NCBI GenBank assembly: GCA_965153355.1
Contig: OZ231126.1
Location: 13,020,001 to 13,084,000, forward strand
Length of the DNA: 64,000 nt
Reading direction: 5' to 3'
Source of the DNA: Flaccisagitta enflata
Taxonomy: Eukaryota
Made by a program: the position numbers and the translations under genes
Shown here: in pieces, positions 49,606-64,000 of the stretch
Numbering within the stretch: position 1 is the stretch's first letter
How the letters are laid out: every line of letters starts with the position of its first letter
The notes under the pieces: model-generated
What the model saw: the letters and a program-made list of their open reading frames with translations, nothing else
Told to the model about the DNA's origin: nothing
Database searches by the model: none

Positions 49606-49781
49606 CAGTGGGACCCCGCAATAACAGTCTCGCTTTCAAAGGTTCCCCATCAATAAATGTCAATATGTCAAGGTCCCAAATGACGGTTTCTAATGTGATT
49701 TCACCCCTCTATAAAGGTGAACCTGAGATAATGGTGAAAAATCTTCAGTCCCAATGGGACCGATGAGGCGGGGTCCTACTG
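49606..49781 (-). mobile_element. Second, inverted copy of the same MITE, inserted in the GPCR-like coding sequence
   Basis: CAGTGGGACCCCGC ... GCGGGGTCCTACTG|TA. Confidence 0.85.
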
Positions 49782-49958
49782 TACTTGATCAATTCTTTCG
49801 CCGCCGTAACTAGATCGCGATCTTCACGACTAAGTGCTATCGAAAAATACGCAAGCAATTTTGTGTGAATGAGCGGGCCAATTTCAACCATAACTAGCAC
49901 GAAATTATAAACGAAAAAAATCCCTCTTACGATCCGACAAAAAGTGATAATTTTCTGG

Positions 49959-49959
<1 letters not shown>

Positions 49960-50050
<91 letters not shown>

Positions 50051-50062
50051 ATTTGCCACATG
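49960..50062 (-). mobile_element. Extremely 5'-truncated non-LTR-type insertion with (CAA)n tail and 10-bp TSD
   Basis: ATTTTCTGGT at 49950-49959 and 50063-50072 flanks CATGTGGCAAAT(AAC)n on the minus strand. Confidence 0.75.
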
Positions 50063-51993
50063 ATTTTCTGGTAGGCGTTGACCGCTCTCTTCGGGGCGTT
50101 AGAAGCTCGCAAGAATGATATCGATTCTCTCAAACTGCCGCAAATCTTAAATGACAGGAAAACCTGAAAGGTGCAATCGAGAAACAAGACAACCACTTGG
50201 AGGCCGATCAGAAATATCCAAGTCTTGATCCAAGTGTATTTTTCAGACGTCAGAGTAAAAAGATTATGGACTTGGAAAATGTAATTATCACCCTTGTCTT
50301 TCTTGATTTTGGTCCCCAATGCGGAGAAAGTAGAAGTGATTCCGACGGCGATGAGGATCAAGCCAGCGACCATTTTCTTGATACATATCTGGGAAAGCCA
50401 CGTCGAAAGGAAAGCCGAAATAGGTTTTTTTTACAATAATTACATAATCAGTAACAAGTTCGACATTTTGATATTGAATTAATGACTCTTTGATTGGAGA
50501 CAAAATTGCATAATGCTATCTCTATCCATGGATTTCATAAGATGAACCCTAAAATAAGGGCAACATTGAGACATTGTCTTAAAAAAATATCCCTTCACTT
50601 TTCTTAATTCTATAACAGTTTGTACACTCTGATGCAAGATCTATTTTGGGAAAATCAAATTGCAATATTCAATATCATTTAATTTGGCAAAGGTAAAGCA
50701 CTTGTTTTTCCCAATTTTCAAACTCATTCCCTGTGGCGTGATCTCACCTTGTAATCACGTCCTTCTTTTGAGGCCAGCAGATGAGGACGTACACGGTCAC
50801 GCAATCGCAAAACACAATCGAATCCACGAATCGGGTAAAGAAGTCTTTCAGAAACGTGCGGTAACCAGTCAACGTGAACTGCCTGAGGCGAAAAAGCCAG
50901 TAAGGCGCGAATCGAGGGTTGACAGCCTCGCGTATAAAAGGGGTTTGCTCCATTATCACCATGCAAATGCCGCAGATCCCGATAGTGATGGAATAAAAAG
51001 CAGCCGTGGACAACGAGTGTCGACGCTGACACAACAGAGTAACCAAAACCACGTTGCAGATGACGCAGAAGACGGAACCGATCCAAATGCAAGTGCCTTT
51101 CAGGTGCCATTCCATGAGCATCCAATCCATGGCTTTTGTTGGACAATTTTTTACGCTGCCTAAAAACTGCTTGTACCGTCTATGTATGGCAGTCTTTTTC
51201 GTTATTCACATCGGATAAAGCTGGAAGCAGGGCTGTTTCGGTCTTGTGTTTATGGGCAAGGGGGTAAATGATTACTTTTTGAATGCGAAGTCATGCCAGT
51301 GCTCCCAATGCAGTATTAACATATGGACCTCAAAACTTACACATACGCTGACTTACCAACAGAGAGGTTGATAGACTTTGTCGTCTGTAGGGGGGTGCGT
51401 GCTCCTTAAAAGAAAGCCAAATAGTGTGCTTCATGACTCCCTGAGTTCCCATATGCCATTTGTTTGGTTGGTTGTTTCATCCGTCCGTTGGTTGCTCTTT
51501 TGCCGGTCACTAACACTTTGTTTTCATGGTATCTATGGGAATTTACATGCCTTTTTAGCTCCTGCTCCTGCTCAAATATTTCATTGTTTTTTCTTTACTG
51601 CACTCCCCTTGCCCTTTGACAAAAAAAGAAAAAAAAAAAAGAATCAGACAAGAAAATTTGATAAAAAAGGTGTGCAATGTGCATATAAATACCTTGAAAC
51701 TAACGACAATTTTGTAAAAACGATTTCCATTCTTACTGGCTTGGAAAAAAGCAAAATATCATGGATCTATGTAATCTAGGTGTACTGTGGAACGGTACTT
51801 TGTGATACTGAGTGTTCAATTATAAATCATTTCCACAGGGAGATCTGAAGAAAATACTAATTTTACCGTCAAACAAGACTTGCAAAAAAACAAGCAAACA
51901 AACAAACAAACAAACAAACAATTTCTATCAGCTAAATGCAAGTTTTTGTTAAAATCAGACGCGTGGCAAAGCATAGAAATTCTGTGTTATAAG

Positions 51994-54101
<2,108 letters not shown>

Positions 54102-55667
54102 GTTATAAGTTGCCGCTGCATCGTATTTGTGACAATGTCTAAATATGGTTAAAAGTTTTTACCTGTTCTTTTCTTTTTTAATCAGTTTTACCTTTGTAAT
54201 GCTCCACTTTTTGATTACTGGCAAACTTTTAAATAAGAAAGTGAAAATACTATCGAAACGCTTTCATTCAGCACACATGATGGATCATTGTCAAAACTGA
54301 ATAGCTGACGCTTCATTGCACTTGATGAATGTAGGACAAAAATTGGGAAAGTTTCTTTTTTTAGCATGTCGAGCCCAAGTCTAAATGAAATGGAGCAATA
54401 TTCCATTTCTAAGTTGTTTTCCCAGCATAAAAGAATTTTTTTCCGTCTGGCAAAATGAGGTTCGAAACGTGTTACACTAAACCCGACGTAAGTGATTCGT
54501 GATGAAAGTCATGTTATTCGTCGCGATCAATAGTCGCCTAGCAAAAGGTAGGACAGTCACCTGGCTATGACGCAGACTTTTCTTACATCATCGGTAGGGA
54601 CAGATGGGTTACACCAGTAATCTTAGGATCGCATTGTCAGCAGAACCATTGCAATGGTACTCAGAGAAACAAGCCCAATAGGCCAACAGTCACGTGCTCC
54701 GTTTTACAATCACACACACAATTACATTCTCCTTCCTTTCTTCCTTTCCTCCTTCCTTCCTACCTTCCTTCCCTCCTCCCTCCCTTCCTTCCTTCCTTCC
54801 TTTTTTCCTCCCTCCCTGCCTTCCTTCCTTCCTTCCCGCCTTCCTTCCTTCCTTCCTTCATTTGGACGGACGGAATGACTAATGGACGGACGGACCGATA
54901 GAGCAGCCTGTAGAGTTGCGAGCACGCCATAAAAAGGCAAATTCACTTTTTCAGTATGCAGAACTTGGCAAATTGACCCTAATGAACAGGAACTCTTACC
55001 GATGGATCAACCGATGGACGAATATACAGATCAAGCAATGGAGTGAACGGACCATCTCCAAAGGTCAGGAAGTTGACCTTTGTTTTGACCTCAATGTTGA
55101 CCTCAAGGTCTTTTCATACGGAGTCCTAATAATTTGCCATCCCACAAAAACCTGACCTTCATTCGTAATTGTATTTTTTCCCGCTTCGTTTACATAAAAA
55201 CTATCTGTAACCTCTTCTGTAGTTCGCCCATTACGGTTAGGAGGAAACATCCATGCATGGCCGTAAAGACGCGGTGTAACGGAAAAACAAGTGAGCCGGG
55301 GTCAAAATTTCGCTGCGGACGGGCGGGCAGGGGTGTACAACACCCATTCACACCCCAACTCCCCGTCAAATCCCTTTCCCCCACTTTGCATTACAGAATG
55401 ACAGACCAACGCGACGGTTTGACGGTCAAAGCCTATTTTAGGGTTGCGTATCCGCAACTAAAAATCGTGCAAAATAGTGTGTTCTAAACGCCACAAAACA
55501 AAAACAAAGTCATATGCGAAAAAAAAGAACAAAAACAAAAAGCAAAATCAAAGCATGACCGAAAAGGAAAACGAGTACAATAATAAATGCTGTAATCAAA
55601 ATATAAAAGCCAAAGGTAATAATGAGTGAGATTAAGCCATGTTCCATATGAGGATTCAATCTGAAAT

Positions 55668-58600
55668 AGTTGCAAGGCGTTAGATGGTCGGCGGTACCCG
55701 TTGCCCCTAAGTGAGTATACGTGGGTGTGTGATGGTGAGAGGGGCAGCGGCCCCGAAGGGGCCGATGACCTATGCTTAGTGAGTTTTGAAGGTCTAGGAG
55801 GCTAATGTCACGGTTCCAAAGCATGCTTGAGGGCCCGACTTTCTGCCAATCTACGTTGGCCCAAGCTTCAGATAGAGCATTTTAAATGAATTAAATGGTT
55901 CAAAGACATTCATAACTACCCAGTGTACAATTTCAAACCATTTTTTGTGACCCTCCCTACCCCTAGAGGGTGTAAAAATTTGTTCAAAGAGCTCTTTTTG
56001 GCGTGTCTCCCTTCTGTCTCCTGTAAGAAATAGCAAGCAAAACCAATAAAAAAATGTCGCATCTTATGGTATCATGAGTGTTTATCAACTACCCTGTTTT
56101 CAAAAGCAACTGGAACCAGTAAAACCTTTATTATGCTTAAAGTATCCATATTGAAAAATCTAGATTGGTTTTGTCTAAAAGCACATAACCTACCATTTGT
56201 TCATGCAAAATTTTGTACCAGTGGCTCTAGCAGTTTGGCTTCCACCTACTTTTGAAATTTGATGAAATTTAATGAAATTTTGCTCAAAAATTGCATTTTT
56301 TAACAAGTTTGCATCAATATAGTCAAATTAATTTCATTAACATTGAGCTGGAATGACCAATTGGTCATAATTGGGTAGTAATTAACCCACCTGTCGCATC
56401 AGTTTTGATTTTTCACGATTTTCAAAGAAATTTAGGCCTTCTTTGACAATTGATTGGACGAAAAACCTTGTCAGACCTCAAAACAACAGAGGAAAATTCG
56501 GATTTGCTACATGAATATCACAAATTTGATCTATTTGCCTAGAGATACATAAACCTAGAATCATATCTTTGTTTTAAGACCAATCTGGCTGTTTTCATTT
56601 GATTCATATGACAATAACACTGTTTTAAGGTTATGAAAGTCTATCTATCAATTTCATGAGGAGCCTTTCAAAGGACTCACCACATTTTAATTTAAAACTG
56701 TGTGGAAGCCAAACTGCTGGAGCCACAACATTGAAATTTTGCATGAATAAATGGTAGGTTATGTGCTTTAAGACAAAACCAATCTGGATTTCGAAATATG
56801 AATATTTTAGGCACAATAAAGGTTTTGCTGGTTCCAGTCGCTTTTGAAAGCAGGGTAGTATCAATCCCACAGGATATACAAAAAAATTCAACTCACTACT
56901 CAATCAATAAGTTGTCAAAAAATGGTATAAAAATCGAATTTACCCCTACTCGATTTTTTTACTTTTTTCTCTCAAGATTGAATGTTATGATATTTATTTT
57001 TTTAAATCTCATTCATCTTAAGCATTAAGCGTTTTTTTTTCTTGTAATTCGATGGACAACAACTTGAAGGACATTTCCCTCCATTTTCATGTTATTGGGT
57101 TGATCCCATGCAGAGAAATGATTCTTTTCTTGGAGTGTATCAATTTGCGCACACCCCTAAACTTGATCCTGACGCATACCTAACGCTTTAAATATGCCAC
57201 TATGGTGTGAAAATAAAACAATTCACATAAAATCTGACCACACCATGTGAAAGAGCGTGAAATTTTGATTCTCCTCTGATAATTTGAAACCTTAACTCTC
57301 AGGCATTTTGTCACAATGAAATTTTACATTTTGTTGGTCCTGAAGTGTGAACAGAATTGATACGCTCATCGACGGCTCATCGTAGTTAATTCTTTGTTTC
57401 CACACAGCGCTTCACACACAAATGCGCGATGATTTGGTGTCTTAATTTGGTAAAATTTCTTAAAATTAAAATTGGCACATCTCAGGAACTGTTCAAGCTA
57501 GCCCATTGAAATTTTGCATGGTTGATACCTAGACCAAAAGGGTCCGTTGCGTAGATTCTGATGCGACCTAAAAAATGTTATGCAGTCCAACCAGACCAAC
57601 CAGCCTACCAGATGAAAAAATTGAAAAATGGCATAACTTCCATAATAATTGTCCGATCTGGTTGAAATTTTGCATGAAGCTTCCTTTAAAGGTTCCTCAT
57701 CACTGGCTTGAATAAGCGCTTGGGTAAAAAATTTATTCTCCAACAGCCCACCCAGCCAGAAATGGTACTTGTAGAGATTTTTTTAAAAAACTAAAATATT
57801 AAAAATTTCTTAGCAACATATGATCACACATGATTGCTTGAACATTATCAATAAGAATTTTACTGTCATATTGATTTCTTTATTGTATTCAGCTAAATTC
57901 TTTAGTAATAAAACAGCCTATAATACCTTTTTAAGCCTAATTTGCATGAAAAATTAGCGTACTTAAGAAAATGCAAGTATGGATCCATATGTAATAATAG
58001 CTAGGCTACATAATGATGTATGATTTTCTTCAGTTTTCCAACATGTAAAATTGACGAATTCCACCCGTCCTTAGTTGGCTTAGCATGACACCAGCCAGGA
58101 TTAAATTTGAGCATCAATAATGGGATTTGAACCTCAAAGCTGTTATATGAGCCTCAAGGCTGGGATTTGAGGCTTGAGGCTGGGATTTGAGGCCTTAGGC
58201 TGGGATATGAGCCTCAAGGCTGGTATTTAAGTCTCTAGGCTGTGATTTGAGCGATGAGACTGTTATTTGAGCCTCGAGGCTGTGATTTGAGGCTTTAGGC
58301 TGGGATTTGAGGCTTTAGGCTGGGATTTGAGACTTGAGGCTGTGATTTGAGCCTCAAGGCTGGGATTTGAGACTTGAGGCTGGGATGTGAGCCTTGAGGT
58401 CAGGATAGGGGCCTCTAGACTGGGATTTGAGCCTCAAGGTTGGGATTTGAGCCTCAAGGTTTGGATTTGAGCCTAAAGGTTGGGATTTGAGCCTCGAAGC
58501 TAGGATTTAGGCCTTGAGGCTAGAATTTGGGCCTAACGACATGGATTTGGGCCTCAAGGCTAGGATTAGGGCCCCAGGGCCAGGATATGAGCTTCGAAGG

Positions 58601-58696
58601 GGGTGGACGGAGAAGAAGGAGAAGAAGAAGAAGGAAAAATTTCCCCTATGTGTGAAAGCATAGGTCATCGGCCCCTGCGGGGCCGCTGCCCAAAAA
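55668..58696 (-). mobile_element. HINE-like family 2 element with a nested MITE (56092-56855) and a 20-bp array (58120-58590)
   Basis: Termini match 36652-37287. Confidence 0.7.
56092..56855. mobile_element. MITE with TA TSD, same family as 42678-43441
   Basis: TA|CCCTGTTTTCAAAAGC ... GCTTTTGAAAGCAGGG|TA. Confidence 0.85.
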
Positions 58697-58705
58697 GGCA
58701 AAAAC

Positions 58706-58786
<81 letters not shown>

Positions 58787-58940
58787 GAAGGTCCAAATAA
58801 TCTTTTACATGCAAACGAGATTTTGCGATGGCTTGAGCGTGAGACGGATAACAATACGCAAATGAGATTGAGAGCATCATCCGCAACAACACCAATCATA
58901 GATTAATATTTCCGTTTTTGGTACAGCGAGAGAGGTTAAC

Positions 58941-59009
<69 letters not shown>

Positions 59010-59010
59010 T

Positions 59011-59096
<86 letters not shown>

Positions 59097-59137
59097 TGAG
59101 GAGGAAGAAAGTGCTGAAAATTAACAGTGGCGGTAGG

Positions 59138-59230
<93 letters not shown>

Positions 59231-59494
59231 AAACTTAATGACGTTTACACGAGAATGATCCTTTGTGATGGAAGTTTCGTTTTTTCCTTTTTTTTTTTTG
59301 TTAGCATCTTGTTGACCATAGTTTATAGTTGCGGACACGCAACTCTACAATAGGCTTTGTCCGTCCGTCAATCCGTCGGTCCGTCGGTCCGCCGGTCCGT
59401 CGGTCCGTCGGTCCGTCGGTCCGTCGGTTCGTCGGTCCGTCGGTCCGTCGGACTGGGGTAGCCGTGTATCCGGCCTTGTTTCTTCGTTTCTTTC

Positions 59495-59599
<105 letters not shown>

Positions 59600-59730
59600 G
59601 ACTAAGGGAAGCTGTAAACAAGTTTTTTAATATTGTTAATACAAGATCCGCGAACTCTCGTGCCTCTTGGATAAATCGCGGGCCCTCATCATTATTTCTT
59701 TGTAATGTTCCTTGCATCTAATGCCCTCGC

Positions 59731-60552
<822 letters not shown>

Positions 60553-60820
60553 CACAGATGTTGATGTCGATGTGAAGGTGAAGTTGGCGAAAAAGCCGAT
60601 ATCAGTCTCGCATGCGGTTTGATTGTCATCGATGTTTTTGGTTGTTGTTATTGTTGCTGTTGTTGTTGTTGTTGATCTGGCGAGAGACATCCCCAAGGAA
60701 TATGATGATAATGGTGTTGATGTTGCCAAGGTTGTAAAGCGCGATGTAAACACGATCAGATTTGGTTGGGTAATTGAAAATAACACGAGTGTCACACCTA
60801 CGTAACGATCCTATGCTATG

Positions 60821-60927
<107 letters not shown>

Positions 60928-61000
60928 TCTCTCACTCCAAAACTCAAGTGGGTACATACAAAGTCAGAAGTAAATGAATCTGGACGAAAGTGTAGGGGGA

Positions 61001-61045
<45 letters not shown>

Positions 61046-61723
61046 CAGAGACAGACAGAGACACAGATCAGTCTAGTTGATCGATGGTACAACGATATTG
61101 ACCAAAATCGTGATTTGTGACCATATTTGCCCCTGCTCAGCCGCATTACAGCCTCCACCCACGTTCACTTCTTCCCCAACCCAACCTTAAAACTACTTCC
61201 CCGCCCACATTTCTGCCCCTGCCCACCCGCAAGCGAAACCTTAATCGTCCGTTTTCCGACTTTTTTACTCGATAAGTCTTTTTTATTCAGTTCTGTCAAC
61301 GCCAATTGCTAAAGCTATTCTTTTTTTATTCTTTTTGATGGCTTGTCAACATTTATTTCATTTTTTTTTTCGTTCTGAGGGGCTTTAGCAGAATAATCTT
61401 ATTCATACTTATTCAAATATGCGACAAAATATACAAAAGTACGATTTGCTCTTTGCATACAAGTTCAGTGTATTTGGATGGCAGCTTATGTCAATTTGAC
61501 CGAGGTTCGATCATTTATATTTGCTGATGTCATACAATGCTTTGTAAGTTGAGTATGTCTTATAAAAGATTTTGCAAATTGACTTATTCAACTGAACATG
61601 TACAAGCAATATGGTTAAATATGAATTTTGCAAAAACCTTACCGCAGTGTCATCTGTGAGAAGGTTCATCTTTGGGTATGTATAAGCTTGGTTGATCAAT
61701 GGCAAGATCATTTGCAAAATCAT

Positions 61724-62101
61724 CAGGCCTGATTTTAGTGATTTTTTTTTGACTGAGCCAGTTGGGCTCGCTCCCCACAATTTGACAGAGCCCGAAAGGA
61801 AAACCATGAGCCCGGTAAAAATGTCATGACCAATTTTACAATCATATCAGCCTAGATTTGTAATAGCAGCTACTGACTATATGATGTAATGATAAAATGA
61901 TCACTACAAAGATGATTCAATTTGTGAAAGAATTGAAAATCGACTCAAGACTTTTTTAGAATATTTCACTCAATCAGCTTGAGCGTTTTGAATCCATCCC
62001 AATGAGAGAGAGCCTGCCGGGCTCAGAGCTTGCAAAACATGAGAGCCCAAGAGCAGAATAGAGAGCCTCGGGCTCGCGGGCTCGCTCTAAAATCAGGCCT
62101 G
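61724..62101. mobile_element. Small hAT-like MITE with 8-bp TSD
   Basis: AAAATCAT|CAGGCCTGATTTTAG ... CTAAAATCAGGCCTG|AAAATCAT; GAGCC subterminal motifs. Confidence 0.88.
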
Positions 62102-62690
62102 AAAATCATTCACATGTTGCAAATTTCCTTTGCAACAAGGCAAAAACATTAGAACATAATCTGGCTAAAAACATTAAAACATAATCTGGCTAATTAATGA
62201 AAGATTGACTAATTTTGCGAGGTCATCTGAAACAGTCACGTGATGATTTTGTTTTTTGTTCCTACAATTTACGTTAGTCCAATGATAATGCAGCCTAAAT
62301 CATCAAAATAAAATAACTCGCTTATTTTATAATGAAATTTTTCGGTTTGCCTTTTTTTTTATAGAAATCTCCAGAAACGGATTTGTATGTATATCCATTT
62401 TCCCGTGAGTTACGCCTTTTCAAAAGACGCAAGGCATTTTGGCACCATACGCTTTTTAGGTACTTCTTAGAGTATACATTCCTCCATATGTTTATCAGTT
62501 AGCTTTTCTGTGGTATTTCTTCAAGTGGGTTTGTATCTGAATGCCTCTTTTCATGTTCATTGTCAAATTCTGCTCGGCGAACAATTAGGACGCATCGTTG
62601 CCTCGTCGGCCTTGACAGGCTTCACCCCGCATAAAAAGTTTGGATCCTGGAAGAAGTAAACGAAGTATTGCAGAGACGAATTCTTTCACA

Positions 62691-62754
62691 ATGAATTTGA
62701 GTACGGGCATCTTGCTTACTGTTTGTTTATCTGCGGTCTTGCTTCAAAGACAGG
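62691..62754 (+). CDS. Probable first coding exon (signal peptide) of a secreted or membrane protein continuing beyond the window
   Basis: ACA-ATG context, MNLSTGILLTVCLSAVLLQRQ, phase-1 donor G|GTAAGA; CATAAAA about 60 nt upstream. Confidence 0.5.
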
Positions 62755-62975
62755 GTAAGATCCTTAATTCCTTGTTTTTCAAGTTATAAACGACTTGGTC
62801 CTCTTAATGACAAAAATACTAAAAAATTCCAATACAATGTTAAATAGGTTGCTGTTCATGTAAAGAGTCGCTTAAATGAATAGAATTTTTTTTTGACAAA
62901 TATCTCTCAGAATTTTTTTTCTTCATGCTATACATTCATAGAGAACAAAAAGGGCATGTTGGGAGAATCTAACAT

Positions 62976-63418
62976 AGGCTTTCATCCTTTGTAAATTGGA
63001 GAATTCTGGCCTCCTTTTGTAAGGGCAATGTTGTTTCAACTTTCATAAGTATCAGTACCTTGGTATAGAATGCCGGCAGTGCCAACTGGTTGTACCTCGA
63101 TTCTTGCCTCTAAGGGTATGGTTTTCTAATCAATATTGCTAGTGTCAGTACTTCCACCAGTACATTAGTAATTTTTGATTGTTACTTTTGTTAGATATTT
63201 TGTGTATATTTTATGGTATAGGACTGTCCGACCCTATGCTTATGAGGTATGTAGTCAAGGTGATAGTTTTGTCAGGTAAGCTTCTTTTCGTCATTTTTAA
63301 AGGATAGTTGTGAGCAATCCGGAGTAAACACCATTGAAAGCTTGCAAGGCTTTCATCCTTTGTAAATTGGAGAATTCTGGCCTCCTTTTGTAAGGGCAAT
63401 GTTGTTTCAACTTTCATA
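62976..63418 (+). mobile_element. 371-bp non-coding structured element (family member B) with ~72-bp terminal redundancy
   Basis: 62976-63047 is repeated at 63347-63418; flanked by CATAGGC on both sides; homologous to the reverse complement of the 324-bp unit. Confidence 0.8.
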
Positions 63419-64000
63419 GGCAATCAAACATTTGCGCCGGTTACTAACTCTTTGTTTTTTGTTTGTTATGTTTTTTTTTGCTCTCTCATTTTTTCACTGC
63501 CCCTGTCCAAAAGTAGTCCATTGCATCATTACCAATAAAAGCGGCTCTGGCTTTAGGAAAAAAGTAAAAAAAAAATTCTTTTTTGCTTTTGCTTGTTTTT
63601 TTTTCTCTTTCCATTGACCTCTTTACTGTCATCTCTCTCTTTCTTCTACTCCTCTTTTTTTCTCCACTTCCTCTTTTCTCCTAAAAGCGCTCTCTCAGGG
63701 GCATCCTCTTAATCACGAAATTCGTGCTTAAGTTAAAATCATTTCCCCTGAAGCACACCCTAGTGCTTCAGTGGAATGAGAAATGATTTGCGCTTTTTAT
63801 AATTCGAGCTTCAGTGGAATTGAACATAACTGATTTTGTTACAGTAAAAAAAAATGAAGTAATCTTTTTTATCTGAAGAAATAAAGAAATTCACTGTTTT
63901 CTTTTCACCTCCCTCTATTTCTCTTTACTTAAGAAAACTTCCTAAGTGTATATTGAAATAAAAAAAGACATGTTTTTACATCAACTTCCCTTGAAAGAAA

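Larger units (their letters stand above)
49507..51130 (-). pseudogene. Divergent 7TM GPCR/chemoreceptor-like gene, disrupted
   Basis: Hydrophobic segments in ORFs 50744-51130, 49927-50373 and 49745-50059. Removing two insertions gives ...AVNAYQKIITFCRIVRGIFFVYNFVLVMVEIG...ELIKYLINVMQSLKPACYAMAYIWIKKGKQIHCVES* (KPACY resembles NPxxY). The strongest donor (50748, phase 2) and acceptor (50388, phase 0) are out of phase. Confidence 0.7.

Overview
Repeat-rich eukaryotic (invertebrate-like) genomic DNA with no prokaryotic features or CRISPR. The main gene is a 13-coding-exon otopetrin proton-channel gene on the minus strand (CDS 34281->727, about 752 aa), reconstructed by hand with all GT-AG splice phases compatible. 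Its intron 4 (8933-32333, 23.4 kb) is almost entirely nested mobile elements: a 29-bp minisatellite element, a tandem 324-bp unit, a 19.6-kb TIR element with no transposase, and hAT-like, MITE and Helentron-like elements inside that. A 7TM GPCR-like gene (51130->49507) is disrupted by a truncated (CAA)n-tailed insertion and a MITE. A probable signal-peptide first exon starts at 62691. The most interesting signal is two divergent members (324-bp and 371-bp units) of a small non-coding element. Both inserted as more-than-monomer head-to-tail copies, share one fixed end, have microhomology/TSD junctions, and conserve hairpins with compensatory changes, yet I see no canonical hammerhead core. It is a candidate retrozyme-like family with an unrecognised structured RNA; this interpretation is inference and untested.
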